DNA of 63,338 bases, filler included, from Octopus bimaculoides (GCF_001194135.2; 4 parts of 4 records of this genome joined end to end with filler, not necessarily neighbours in it), one strand, 5' to 3'; numbered from the whole stretch's first letter, positions 39,000-52,215 are shown. Notes: generated from the letters alone by a model not told the origin. Numbers and translations: made by a program.

Positions 39000-41830
39000 C
39001 TGTAAAGAGCTCTAGTGTATAACAGTCCAAGTTTCTTTTGCACTGCCTTTCATAGTTAGAAAGGTCACAGAATACACGTAGAACAAACTCCGCTCGACTG
39101 TTTTTTATGTACTCTGTGAACTTTGTACACAATAGGTATTTTCGTCACATCTTCGGTTTTATAAGGTCTTCATGATTGCTTTTGTATTAGCTATCTCTTT
39201 CCCTTGGGTTGTAAGAGCATAACCTTCGAAATGTGATGTGATATAACGTTCAAGACTCTAAGGAGTCTACACTTCAAGTTAGCATCATTCACAAGTTTAA
39301 GAGACATATACCCATGCATAACCTTTAATTGGTATGCAGAGTGTTTCTCTTCCGAGTCTTTGTTGAAGTTCGTTAGTCCAGTAATCCTGGGGTCGCACGG
39401 AATGTCATTAAGAAGTGAAAACGTTAATGAGTTCCTTACCGACTTTATATTATTGTTCTCTTCCCTTTTAGAATTTGATTTACATTGTCGTTGTTTAGCA
39501 GTTACTATCTGGTACCATACAATTTTCAATGAATGTCATCACTGATTTTATGCATCCTCTCCAATCTTTTAAGATAGAGCCTGTGCATATCGCTGTTTCT
39601 TTGAATGCTCCCAGCTGATGACAGGAACCTGCAGGTTTCAATATCTTTTGAGCGGATTTAATCTACAAGCCAGCAAACTACTTCAAATGTTAGTAACATT
39701 ACTGGTACTGAAAATGCACGTTGGGATATTTTCTTTTAAGACTGCATTATATTTTCAAGTTGGGTATAATATTCTTTGACCTCTCCCATTGTTTGTACAT
39801 AGAACCTTAGCATGATATATTTTCTTCAATATTTAAATATTTACAACACTTACTGTGGTGTGGTACAGGGAAACGAAAGATACTGATGCAAAGGTTTTTT
39901 TTTTGTTTTTGGTTAGGAAAAGGATTTTTCAACCGTCAAATATGAATATTTCTCTTGGCTAAATTTTAATCTCCATTTCAGCTGAAAATGTTGTTACCAT
40001 TTCAGTTGTTTCTCAGTTTTGGAAGTATTTCTAGAATAGATCTTTAGAAATTATCGATACATAGGTGTTTTCTGCGGCTGTAAAAGAAATTACAGAGGCA
40101 CCTACTTAGAAAATTCTCTCTGAAATATTTATAATAAACGGTCTGCTTTCAGTTACAGGTGTGAAAATTGTTGATCACATTTTTGTGAATCTTTCAATGA
40201 CAGCAGGTGAAGGACCAGATATTATTCCAACCGCAGTAACTCCAGCAACACTAAGTGGGAAATTGAATGTCTTTCTGTAATGAAGCCGTACAGTCACAAA
40301 GTTTCAACGACATTTGGCACACTCCCGCACTTTATTCTTTAGCTGCTTCTCATTTACAATATTTTTAGACTCGCAATGGTTTTCAAGAAATTGGTTGAGG
40401 TAAAGTGTGTAAAGTTTGTACAAAATGTTTAAGGGAGGAAAAGATCTTTATTTTTCTGCCAAATAAGTATGTTCATTCTAAGCTACAAGATTTGTTCGTT
40501 CTATGGAAAACCAATCTGAATGTCAGTTCAGTCTTCCTTAATTATTTAAAATATACATGTTAGTGACTTCCTATAGCGTCAACATCTTGTACGAGTTTAA
40601 AACTATTATATCTTTTCCTAATATCTTCCCATTATGTAGCTTTTTCGTAAGCTTCACTGTTTCAAAGTCGATTATGTAAGTTTTATTATTGATGCTGGTA
40701 CAGCATTCTTTCTTGATAGTATCTAGCAATGATGCATTCTAATTTAAGTCTTCCCTCTCGTTCTAGATATTAGACCAAAATGATTTAATATAATTCTGAG
40801 AAGGAGTTCTTTTTTATGAAGATATGTTTCTTCATTCTCTGCTATACAGCTTGTGAATGAGAAACAAACTTGTGCATAATGCTGGCCTTTTGATGTAGTT
40901 TCTTTTTGGCCGATAACAGTTTTCACTCAATGATGTGAGTCTTAGCTTTAAAGTTACTAATTTTTCCTGAAAAGTTTGGCGTGTAGAATCTTTGCATAGT
41001 TACTTTTATTAATTTCTCTTAAGATGTTGTTTTGTTAGTCCAGTATGTGTTATCATATATTTCCACGTGATATCCAACTAGATTCTCGATCAATTTTGGT
41101 ATGTAAGAGGTTGTTATTTAATGACAGCTTAGAGAAATTGAAATAATTTCAAAGTGCAGTTTTAAATAGTTTTTAAGCGGGATATATTCCACCGTTATAT
41201 CTACAGGAAATCAGTTTTATAGAGTCAACATTATCATAACTCAACTCTTACATATATATGAGAGTTGAGTTATGGTAATGTTGGTTGCAGTTTTTACCCA
41301 TCTCTTCCACAGTGACTTTTGGCTAATTTTGGACGTCTTCAGAAAACTAAGCTAATATCACAAGAGTTGTAATAACAATCACTATCTGTGAAAGCCATCT
41401 TTCGGACAAAGCATAATGTCATTCGCAGAATTTGTTTAGTCATGAAGTATTTTTTACTGCTTAATCAAGGGAAGATGAACCCACGAGCCTCAGTTTTTTA
41501 AGGCCCCCGATACTGGTGGGAGAAGGGAAAGAGTTACCATTAAACTATAGTCCTGGTTCGAATACCTGCATTAATGTGAACTCCACTGAAATAACCCGAG
41601 GACAAGTTGGTGGTGTTAAACTGGGCAAGGGCAACAGATTATCTCTATCCCCTGATAACCCCGAACGTAAAGGACTGGAATAAATACCCCAAAATATCAT
41701 GTCCGTCTTTCAAATGATTCCACCAATCGTCCTGGACTGGTCCTTTATTTTGCTGACTCCACAAAGATGAACGGCAAAGAGAATTGGGACAAGTACCAGT
41801 TTTGCCAATCATTATATGATTTTTCATAGC
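39000..41830 (-). mobile_element. Ancient L1/Tx1 LINE ORF2 (RT and C-terminal region), heavily decayed
   Basis: Ordered motif remnants on the minus strand: ITQL (pre-ADD), NISRLK, YWTNK..MQRFYTPNFSGKISNFK (cf. NW..KI..W..R.LTL.GKI..IK), IIDFE, SAYQLKVMHGY (cf. LR.FQ.KILHR). Boundaries approximate. Confidence 0.65.
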
Positions 41831-42634
41831 TCTAGACGAACTCTTGATTTAAATGCAAAGGTCAAGTGAAGTGAGCAGATTCTTACGTCATCTTAGCTCA
41901 CAGGTTTGTTAGTGTTTGTTTTGTTGATATCATCCATGATCGTAAAAGTGAATTTCCATGAGAAGAAAGAAGTTGTTTTTTGTAACCCTGTCTGAATATC
42001 ACTAAGTTGGTGGGTTAAACATGTTTCTTTCATTTATAAGATAACAACTAAAAGACAATTACTGATCTAGTCTGAGTTAGGTTGGCATACATGTTGATCA
42101 AAACGTTGAAAACCAATTCTAAATAGTCTTCTATGCCTGAACGTCTCTTGTTCACGGCTATGATGTGTGTATGTATGTGTATAACTGTATGTCTATCGAT
42201 CATAAGCCGCTACTAATCTAATAGTTTAGTTAGTGAAATTAGAAGATTGATTCTATATCAGTGTAGTTGGAGAAAGGTTACAAGCGGAAGTAGTTTTCCA
42301 TATGTCCATCTCTTTTTCATATACCGGATGCTCTTCTTTTGCACAACTCTCCGTCATCATCCTATCATTAACACTTCCTCTTCTCTCTTTGTTGATTAAT
42401 CCTCACACCCTTGTCTTAGTGTTTCACACATAAAACCTGGAATACATATTTTTGCAGAAGAGTTTAGAAGTTATGACACCTTACCTTTCGAAAGGCTTTG
42501 ATTGGCACGTGTGATAAAAGTGACTTAATGACGTAAGTGAAATGTTTCTGTCCTGGAATCGAAATCGTATCTTAGATTCGGTTGATCCAAGCAGTAACAT
42601 TTACATTACGATTCCTTTCTACTACTTATTTCGC

Positions 42635-42885
42635 TGTGGAGGCGCCTGGCTTCGTGGTTAGGGCGTTGGACTCATGATCGTAAGATTGTGGTCTCGATCC
42701 CTGGATCGGGTGACGCTTTGTGCTCTTGAGCAAAACACTTCATTTCACATTGTTCCAGTCCACTCAGCTGGCAAAAATGAGTAATCCTGCGACAGACCGG
42801 CGTCCCGTCCAGGTGGGAATTTATACGCCATGGAAACCGGAAAACCGGCCCTCATGAATCGGCGTGATTCGGGAAGGTAGCTTTA
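42635..42885 (+). mobile_element. tRNA-derived SINE family D (partial copies at 43215-43325 and 50990-51150)
   Basis: Head resembles family C; body has TGTGCTCTTGAGCAAAACACTTCATTTCAC and CCTGCGACAGACCGGCGTCCCGTCCAGG. Confidence 0.8.
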
Positions 42886-43339
42886 CAATTACTTATCTCG
42901 CTGATTTGTTGTTTGGTTTTCTCAGTGGGTAACGAGATAAATAAAGGCACTCAAGTTTTTTTTTCAACTACATTGGTCACATAAGGAAAATGAGTGGCTC
43001 AAACTGAGAAAAGAAACTGCCTGCAAACTCACTGAGGTCGGTTCATTTAAATGTTGCAGTTGTAAGCATAATGATCGTGAGGGGCTTTTATTTGATGCTT
43101 GTTTGAAGCCACGTTGATAAAAGACTTGAGAAAAATATGAACATCACATTGTTTCAATTTCTATGCATTACATTTCCTGTATCATATAGTACAGTTAGAC
43201 TATATGATACTTGGCAACAAAGTCTGAGACGGATCGGCGTCCCGTCAAGGTGGAGAATGTATACGCCATGGAATCTGGGAAACTAGCCCTTATGAGACGG
43301 CATGACTCGAAAACGTAACTTTACCTAGGCAATAATTAT

Positions 43340-45135
43340 AATTTCTTTATAAATTGGCGATGTTGAATTCAGATCTGTTTATCAAATTTTCTTATCGCGT
43401 CCCAATTTTGTGTAACGGAAGACCCCTTTTCGTTACTCCTCTCCCACCCAGGTTTTTTAAATGTAAATAGCCTGTGCTACTTTTCTGTACCGTTTTCTAT
43501 GATAACCTTGCTTGGATAAAGTTGTGAGTGCTGTCCTTTCTCTTTCTTATGTGGATTTATTGGCGGAGCTACCATCATTGCAGCTAACCATACACTTAAA
43601 GCACGTAGACATCAGTTTGTTACCACCGAAAGGTAAATTCCTAATGTGAAAGGAAACTTTGTTGTCTCCTCTTTAATGTTTGAATGATAGCGACCTTTCT
43701 TTCTGCAGGAACGTTCACTCATATTTCGGTTGATGTTTCCTTCTTATCTACCTACAATCTTCTGGCAGAAACGCTTAACATGCTGTTGAATGTTTCCATG
43801 TCTTTAGTTTTGTCTCATTTGGTTTGTGAAAGACAATGAGTTACACATGACATTACGGACCCAAGGTCTAGTGAAAACTTCTTCTAATTTTACAATTATC
43901 AGTAATCCATTTGAATTCGTTCTTTACGTGTTGATCTATTTCATTGATTTATTTCCTCTAGAAATTCTTGAATGCAACCAAGTTTAATGTGATGTGATGC
44001 AGGATATATTTCCAAAGGATCAACCAGTGTTGGACATTATATTTACAAACAATATACTCAGTTGTATATTGTCAGTCCTGCTTTGTGCAGTGGTTCCTAT
44101 AATCTCTACTGTATCACCGATTCAAAAAGTACATATGACTTAAATAGTCCAACTATAAATCAAAGAGCAGTGACTGCAACAAGTATTGAAGATTTCTCAA
44201 TGGCATTGTGCAGTAAGACAGTTTAAAAGTAGCTTTGCGTGATTCAGTGTAAAGTTTCTCTTTGTTGTGGAGTGGGGGTTATATTCACAGCCAATCTATT
44301 GAATCAGACCACTTATCTTACGACAAAAGCAAACACGTTTCTCTTGTTAAGTTAAATGACGGTTACTTCATATGATGATGGTGGGAGAAGAAAAGTATGG
44401 TGTTTGGCTGAAGAAGATTTCTGCCTTTTCATTTGTTAATTCTAAACCGCTTACCAAGTCATTTAATGTGATCCAGCTTGCAACATATAGTCTATCGCTC
44501 TTTCTGTTTCCTTATCATTAGATAAATCCTTAGAAAAAAACTGTTGTCTATAGTCGTTGTTGGTTGAACTGGCAGCGTGTTTGCTTCGTCATGTGGTACT
44601 GATTTGGGTAGTTGATCATTGGTTTACTTTTCTCTGTGACACCACCTACTTTGCTACACAAGTCATCATAGAGATTTGTGTGCTCTTCCAAATCATGGAG
44701 ACTGCAAATGTCATGCTTTGCCATTCAGCTGTCAGCGTTGCTTTGCACTATACATATTATCTATGCGGTGTCCGCTTGTTTCCTACATTATAGTCAAAAT
44801 AGTACATGTAAACAAGTTTTATCTTCGATGCTGTCACAACGCTTCTTTGCACGTGTGTATATTGTCCACAGATATAACAGAAGTTGTCTGAGGGATTTAC
44901 GCAAAACGTCCGTTTAATGCCATTCAAAGTTTCCACACAGGGTCTGGAAAAAAAAATTAAAGTTAGTCATGTGGTATGCATGCACGATATAACTAGAATT
45001 TATTTCACAAAATCTTAAGCTTCCATCTCCTCCTGGTTGATAAAGTGTTGCAAGGGCAGGAAGTGATTCATGAATCGGAACAAGTAATAATTCAAGAGAG
45101 ATATTTTTCCGCAAATCTAACGTGCATAAGCAGTG
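43340..45135 (-). mobile_element. Chapaev3-type (CMC) DNA transposon relic with a decayed transposase
   Basis: ATG at 44923; FCVNPSDNFCYICG (44865-44905), MTFAVSMIW, LNDLVSGLELTNEKAE (44452-44466), CFCRKISGLIQ*IGCEYNP, VLLHN (44205-44219), LVDPLEIYPASHHIKLG (43977-43994), KLEEVFTRP; CACTG terminus at 45135. The 3' boundary is uncertain. Confidence 0.85.
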
Positions 45136-45739
45136 ATTAAGAAGGTCCAGTTTCCGGAATGTGTCGCCAAACATGGGCGTTTCGAACACAAGGTGATACT
45201 CTGTATCTGGTGGAATTATGAAGGGATAATTCACTACAAGTTCGTTCTGGACGGTCGGACAATCGAGGCCAACCTCTACTCCGAACAGCTGGAGCGGATG
45301 TATGCAATTGTGCGGCAAAAATATCTGGCATTTGTTAACAGAAAGTGAAACCTTCTGCAAGAAGAGAATGCAAGGCCTCATAGCACTCGAACAGACCGGA
45401 ATAAACTCCAAGAACTTGAGAGAATCGAACTAATGCCACACCCGGTATACAGTCTGAACTTAGTTCCTTCGGATTATTACTTGATCCGATCGATGGTTCA
45501 CTTCCTGCGCCCGGAATGCGCTTTATCGAGGAAAAAAAGGTGGATGCTTTAGTAAAAGAGTTCTTCGCCTCGAAGGACAAAAGCTGATATGAGCGTGGGA
45601 CCAAAGGACTTGCCGAAATGTGGCTTCAGATAATGAAACCTGTTGGATTCTGCATTCAATGCTAGGGTGCTTTTGTTGTAACTTTACTAATAAGGCAAAA
45701 GTTACCAAAATATTGTAAAATTTTTGACTCAACGCAATA
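45136..45739 (+). mobile_element. Mariner (DD34D) transposon 3' half
   Basis: KVILCIWWNYEGIIHY...LLQEENARPH...PHPVYSLNLVPSDYYL; TIR-like end GACTCAACGCAATA. Confidence 0.9.
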
Positions 45740-45840
45740 TTAAGTAGGACATCCCAATGCAGTGCCATCCAGCCATCCAGCCATCCAGCCATCCAGCCAT
45801 CNNNNNNNNNNCAGCCAGCCAACCAGCCAGGCAAATGAAA

Positions 45841-46237
45841 TCTTTTATCTTTTAATTTTATTTGTTTCAGTCATTAGACTGCGGCCAAGCTGGGGCACCA
45901 TTTCAAAGAATTCTTAGTTGAATGAATCGATCCCAGTATTTAATTTTTTTCAAATTTTGGTACTTATTATATCGGTTTCTTATGCTGAACAGCTATGTCA
46001 CAGGATCATAAACACGCCAACGCTAGTTGTCAAGCCGTGGTGCGGGACAAACGCAGACATAAACACGCACACACACAAACGATAGGCTTCTTTCAGTTTC
46101 CTTCTACTAAATCCACTCACAAGGCTTTGGTCAGCCCGAGGCTATAGTAGAAGATACTTGCTCATGGTGCTACGCGGTGGAACTGAACCCTGAACCATGT
46201 GGTTGGGAAGCAAACTTCATACCACATAGCCGCACCT
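45841..46237 (-). mobile_element. SINE family A, full length, diverged
   Basis: Consensus match over the whole length. Confidence 0.85.
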
Positions 46238-46391
46238 GTACAATACTTAAATATTTGAAACATTGATGAGGTTTGGAAGTGACGGACGTCGGTATTTACA
46301 CTTGAGGTATACATGCATACATACATGCATACGTACATTACATACATACATGCATACATACACATACATATATACACGCATGTACATATAC

Positions 46392-46422
<31 letters not shown>

Positions 46423-48170
46423 NNNNNNNNNNNNNNNNNNNNNNNNNNNNNNNNNNNNNNNNNNNNNNNNNNNNNNNNNNNNNNNNNNNNNNNNNNNNNN
46501 NNNNNNNNNNNNNNNNNNNNNNNNNNNNNNNNNNNNNNNNNNNNNNNNNNNNNNNNNNNNNNNNNNNNNNNNNNNNNNNNNNNNNNNNNNNNNNNNNNNN
46601 NNNNNNNNNNNNNNNNNNNNNNNNNNNNNNNNNNNNNNNNNNNNNNNNNNNNNNNNNNNNNNNNNNNNNNNNNNNNNNNNNNNNNNNNNNNNNNNNNNNN
46701 NNNNNNNNNNNNNNNNNNNNNNNNNNNNNNNNNNNNNNNNNNNNNNNNNNNNNNNNNNNNNNNNNNNNNNNNNNNNNNNNNNNNNNNNNNNNNNNNNNNN
46801 NNNNNNNNNNNNNNNNNNNNNNNNNNNNNNNNNNNNNNNNNNNNNNNNNNNNNNNNNNNNNNNNNNNNNNNNNNNNNNNNNNNNNNNNNNNNNNNNNNNN
46901 NNNNNNNNNNNNNNNNNNNNNNNNNNNNNNNNNNNNNNNNNNNNNNNNNNNNNNNNNNNNNNNNNNNNNNNNNNNNNNNNNNNNNNNNNNNNNNNNNNNN
47001 NNNNNNNNNNNNNNNNNNNNNNNNNNNNNNNNNNNNNNNNNNNNNNNNNNNNNNTATATGTATATATATATGTACGACTCTTTTACTCTTTCTTTTAGCC
47101 CCCTCACACTTTCTTCGTTCTTTCCACTTTTCTGTTTCTCGCTCCCTCTCTGTCGCAATTTTTGGCCTTCCCTTCATTCTTACTTTCTCTCCTCTTTTAC
47201 CTTACTCTGTCATTTTCCTTTCTTTTTCTCTCTTTCTCGTCCCTCCCTAATTCCTCAATCCCTCTGCCCCTACATCTCTCCTCTCCTTCCACGTGACCGG
47301 TGTTTCGCCAAACCTGACGTCTCTTTCTTGGTTCGGCTACCATCCGTGTAGCATCTCTTATATCTCTTATGTCCCTGCCGTAAGGCTTCTCTTCCACACA
47401 CACACCAGATTAATTTAATTCGTCCTTAGTCGAAAGGCACCTGTTGTTTGCATTCGTAATTGTGTACCATTTCTCCGTTTTTCGTCCTTGTTTTCGTATA
47501 CATTCACTTGCTTTCTTCCAAGGAGCTTAGTGTTCTTAGCTTAGATTTTCTTGGGACCAGCCAGATTGGAGCAGTCTCAAGAGTAACCGGCCGAAACTGC
47601 AAAGATGATCTGGAACTCGACTGAGGATAGGAAGCTCCGAATGACCCGTCCTTGATTTCTCTTGTATTTTTTTGTATCGTCTAACTGTCCGGATGTTTTG
47701 TTGTAGCCTGTTACAGTGTTGATTCATTTCCTGTTTTCTTTATATATNNNNNNNNNNNNNNNNNNNNNNNNNNNNNNNNNNNNNNNNNNNNNNNNNNNNN
47801 NNNNNNNNNNNNNNNNNNNNNNNNNNNNNNNNNNNNNNNNNNNNNNNNNNNNNNNNNNNNNNNNNNNNNNNNNNNNNNNNNNNNNNNNNNNNNNNNNNNN
47901 NNNNNNNNNNNNNNNNNNNNNNNNNNNNNNNNNNNNNNNNNNNNNNNNNNNNNNNNNNNNNNNNNNNNNNNNNNNNNNNNNNNNNNNNNNNNNNNNNNNN
48001 NNNNNNNNNNNNNNNNNNNNNNNNNNNNNNNNNNNNNNNNNNNNNNNNNNNNNNNNNNNNNNNNNNNNNNNNNNNNNNNNNNNNNNNNNNNNNNNNNNNN
48101 NNNNNNNNNNNNNNNNNNNNNNNNNNNNNNNNNNNNNNNNNNNNNNNNNNNNNNNNNNNNNNNNNNNNNN

Positions 48171-48272
48171 GTACTAAGCTTACAAAAAAAAAGAAGTCCT
48201 GGGATCGATTTACTTGACTAAAGGCGGTGCTCCAGCATGGCCGCAGTCAAATGACTGAAACAAGTAAAAGAG
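48171..48272 (+). mobile_element. SINE family A 3' end
   Basis: GGCGGTGCTCCAGCATGGCCGCAGTCAAATGACTGAAACAAGTAAAAGAG. Confidence 0.88.
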
Positions 48273-48312
48273 TAATATATATATATTCGCACACATTCAT
48301 ACAGAGTTGTGT

Positions 48313-48353
<41 letters not shown>

Positions 48354-48824
48354 AGCACACGCATGCATATTTGTGTGTGCTTATACAAATATGTATCTAT
48401 ATGAATGTGTGCTCATACAAACACGAATCCATGTAAGGTTTTCTTATGTTACAGAAACGAAGGCAAAATACTCTAGATATATAAACCTGTATCTATTAAT
48501 TCTATCTACTAGGTAAGTTGGGATCTCATTAGCGATTTCGAGTCTTCTATCGTCCACTCACTTGGACACCAATGCACACAACTGTCATTTTGAGACGGAC
48601 ACGTGTTGGCTTAACCTTTCCTCTGATCCAACAAGACATAAGCAAGAGGAGCGAGGGCCACTAAAGCAGCCTTGAATAATTCCTAGTTAAGGTCATTGTC
48701 ATTTCGTCTTTACATTGTTGGAAATGACAAACTGATGCCATTCTGCGCACAAATGCTCGCACACATATGCTCGTATACACGCACACGCATACACACATAT
48801 ATAAATATATAATTACATATACAT

Positions 48825-48902
<78 letters not shown>

Positions 48903-48911
<9 letters not shown>

Positions 48912-49304
48912 AATTTAATGAATGGCGTAAAACGCATATTTTAACTGCATACTTTTATTTCCAACATATGTTTCGAAGAATTACAAATTATATCAAATTA
49001 TATTAACTGCATATAGTTGGAGAAGGTTATAACGTAATTTATAGTTCTCATATTCGGTTATAATGTCTTACGTTTAAGCTAGTTCCCATGCATTTCCCTG
49101 AAGAGAAGATTACATTTTTAACATCGCAGATTCCTATGGATGGTATAATTTGTAATTCTTCGAAACATATGTTGGAAATAAAAGTATGCAGTTAAAATAT
49201 GCGTTTTACTCCATTCATTAAATTTATATATACTCAAGTACCCAAAATATCAAGGAGTTTCTACCTCATAAACAGGAGTTACACCACAATTATTTTGTGA
49301 TCTT
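48903..49304 (+). mobile_element. Penelope-like terminal remnant with an inverted partial copy
   Basis: About 89-bp arms (48903-48992 and 49144-49232) with one mismatch; the hammerhead overlaps the right arm. Confidence 0.75.
49092..49179 (+). ncRNA. Type I hammerhead ribozyme with extended stem II (PLE type)
   Basis: Stem I AUUUCC/GGAAAU (6 bp perfect), core CUGAAGA (49098-49104), stem II GAAGAUUACA/UGUAAUUCUUC, GAAA (49162-49165), palindromic ACAUAUGU stem III, GUU cut after 49173. Confidence 0.78.
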
Positions 49305-49404
49305 NNNNNNNNNNNNNNNNNNNNNNNNNNNNNNNNNNNNNNNNNNNNTTAATTAATTAANNNNNNNNNNNNNNNNNNNNNNNNNNNNNNNNNNNNNNNN
49401 NNNN
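49305..49404. other. Artificial scaffold linker 44N-TTAATTAATTAA-44N
   Basis: Identical to the other two linkers. Confidence 0.95.
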
Positions 49405-49451
<47 letters not shown>

Positions 49452-50073
49452 AATACTAGATAGATATATATAGATAATATACTGCATTGACGTATGTATT
49501 GCGTCTATTTGCACCTATAAAAAGATATGAAAGAGGGGAGGTGAGAAAAATTGAGAGAGAAAAGAAAGAAATAACAGAGAAATATTTGGATATAAAATTG
49601 AATGAGAAAAGGAAAAAGAGAGAAAAACAAATTCAAGAAGAAAATAAACAGAGAGAGAGAGGGGGAGAGAGGAGTTGAGGGGGAGAGATGAGTTGAAGGG
49701 GAGAGAAATGGAGAGAGACGTAAACATGCTACAATTTCTTCAAAACCTTGTAATCTCCCAGCTTCGTTTCCCAAGATAGACCATATGAACCAATATGGCG
49801 AAGGCAGTCTTCAAGAAAGCAGCAACGCGTTTTAAAAAAAAATTTTTATCCTTTTTCTCTTCTTTTTCTCTCGGCGCTCTGAGATCCCAAATCTATTTAC
49901 AGTCGCCATTTCCTGTACACATTTGGGAGGTAGGCTGATGGGATTCTTCACATGATATCACAGTGGGTGTAGTTATATATTTGTTTTAAGAATAGCTTTC
50001 TTTGGATTAAGTGTTGGTACGATTAGATTACAGTTTCAAAGGGAAAGAACACACACATATACGCTCGCTCGGG

Positions 50074-50160
<87 letters not shown>

Positions 50161-50559
50161 ACATACTCACTCCCACACACACACTCATACAAACACACAC
50201 GCACGTACTCACTCCCACAAGTACACTCACAAAAACACACACATGCATACACATCACAGATCTTTTATGAGACCTGAAGTGAAAATATAAAATTAAGGGA
50301 GGGAGAAGAGAATGGGGGGCAAATAAGAAAAATAATAGATGATGATGATGATGAGAATGAGAAAGACGAGAAAGAGAAAGAGGAAGAGGAGGAGAAGGCA
50401 GCGGAAGAAGGAGGAAGGTTGTGGTAGTGGTGGCGTGAGGACGATGATGATAATGATGAAAGAGATAAACGTAAAGAAATATTGAGGATTTTTTATAATT
50501 GTTCCATAGTTATGCTATCGGACAGCTTGCTCATAGATGAGTGAAAATGTGTTGTAAAA

Positions 50560-50900
50560 GTTTCATCATCGTTCTAGTCTGAACATACCTCATTTTTCAT
50601 TGCTTCTGTTCACCTTGTGTGTTAATGAAGTCGGAATATTACATGATATGAAGCCAGCTGCTTATCCCAAGAGAGAGACTTATCTGAAATCTACTTAATG
50701 CTTATAAGCTAATCGCCGGACTTAACATGCCACCCTGTTTCACACCCTCATCATGGGCTCGGATTCCTTTAGCAGCATTCATTCTGTTGCAAGCCTCTGG
50801 CAAAGACCCTTGACTTCTTCCCTACTTATGGTTTTTCATTGCAGACATTGACCCTGTATATGTTCAGACTAAGCTACAATAATCGTTTGACCTGAATTTG
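50560..50900 (-). mobile_element. Ancient LINE reverse transcriptase fragment
   Basis: GVKQGGMLSPA (cf. GV.QG..LSP), upstream GQC (cf. Y..Q...V), and downstream YSDFI near the expected YADD position. Confidence 0.45.
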
Positions 50901-51735
50901 GGAAAATATTTATGCGTTATACTAAATATATGCATACATATTATATATGTATGCATATAATATATATACTTTTACAAGAAGAGGGTAACAGTGCATGGCT
51001 TAGGATGTTGCACTCACGATTCCAAGATCGTGGTTTCGATTTCTAGACGGAAAAGCACTTCATTTCACGTTGCTCTGCGATCATTTCGTCATCTGACATG
51101 ATGCACCTGTACAGGTAATGTCGATTTGACATGTGTGGTTATTCGGCAAGAAATTCTTTTCTTTATTAGTCACTAAGGGCTCAACATAGAGGGACGATAC
51201 AGGACATACGAGTTGGGTCATATATGAAAGTGTGTGCAAAAAAAAAAATAACAATAGTAAGTTATTAACAACAGTAATTCCTCAAAAGGGGGAGGTTTCC
51301 TGGGTTGTTCTTGGAAACCCCACAAGCCACATACCAACCTGATTGCTAGGGTGAAAGCCTGTCTTTGATTAGAAATTTATACTCAAGTTAGACCCATTCA
51401 TTCGACATATNNNNNNNNNNNNNNNNNNNNNNNNNNNNNNNNNNNNNNNNNNNNNNNNNNNNNNNNNNNNNNNNNNNNNNNNNNNNNNNNNNNNNNNNNN
51501 NNNNNNNNNNNNNNNNNNNNNNNNNNNNNNNNNNNNNNNNNNNNNNNNNNNNNNNNNNNNNNNNNNNNNNNNNNNNNNNNNNNNNNNNNNNNNNNNNNNN
51601 NNNNNNNNNNNNNNNNNNNNNNNNNNNNNNNNNNNNNNNNNNNNNNNNNNNNNNNNNNNNNNNNNNNNNNNNNNNNNNNNNNNNNNNNNNNNNNNNNNNN
51701 NNNNNNNNNNNNNNNNNNNNNNNNNNNNNNNNNNN

Positions 51736-52215
51736 GCCAATGAAGGTGATGTTTTGAATGCTGAGGATCTGAATGTGTGGTGGTGCGTTGGTGGTGCCCA
51801 AAGAAAATTGCTTGGGATGATGTCGGTGTGTTCTTGTATGTATTTCGTATGTTGTGCATTGTTAGTGTTGATTGCAGTGAGCTTTAATATGGTTTTCAAT
51901 GGTGGTTTCTGTTTTGTGTTCGGTGCTGGCAGTGGTACTGGAGGTATTGGTAATGTGGGTGTTGTGGTTAGTGGTTGTGTGAATTGTCTGTGTTGTGGGG
52001 AGGTGCTGAGGTTGTGTTCGTTTTTCGTTTCTTCTTTTTTGGAAGTTCTTTCCACTCTTCTTTATTCGTTTCTTTGCAGATGTCGGGGAGAAGTAAATCT
52101 GTTGGGTTGGTGTCTGTTGGTGTTGTTTTTGTTTTCTTTTGGTGCCTTTGCTGTTGTTTCTGTTGTACTTTTAGAAGTTGTTATTTTCATATCCAGTCTT
52201 GTTGCTGAGATTGGT
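51736..52215 (-). mobile_element. Low-complexity T/K/N/P-rich segment, possibly a LINE ORF1 C-terminus
   Basis: Strong C/A skew on the minus strand; EEWKELPKKKKRK motif; frame switches; adjacent to a Tx1 ORF2 piece. Confidence 0.35.

Noticed and set aside
42458-42552. Splice-like signals on both strands
   Set aside because: The plus exon has stops in all frames; the minus candidate overlaps a decayed SINE head.
47285-47745. Possible Penelope remnant with hammerhead-like words (CTGAGGA..TCCGAAT; GGCCGAAAC)
   Set aside because: Stems I and III cannot be formed, and I cannot support the family from sequence alone.
50845-50883. Possible plus terminal exon (ttttcattgcag|..IDPVYVQTKLQ*)
   Set aside because: It lies antisense to an ancient RT fragment (GVKQGGMLSP) and has no independent support.
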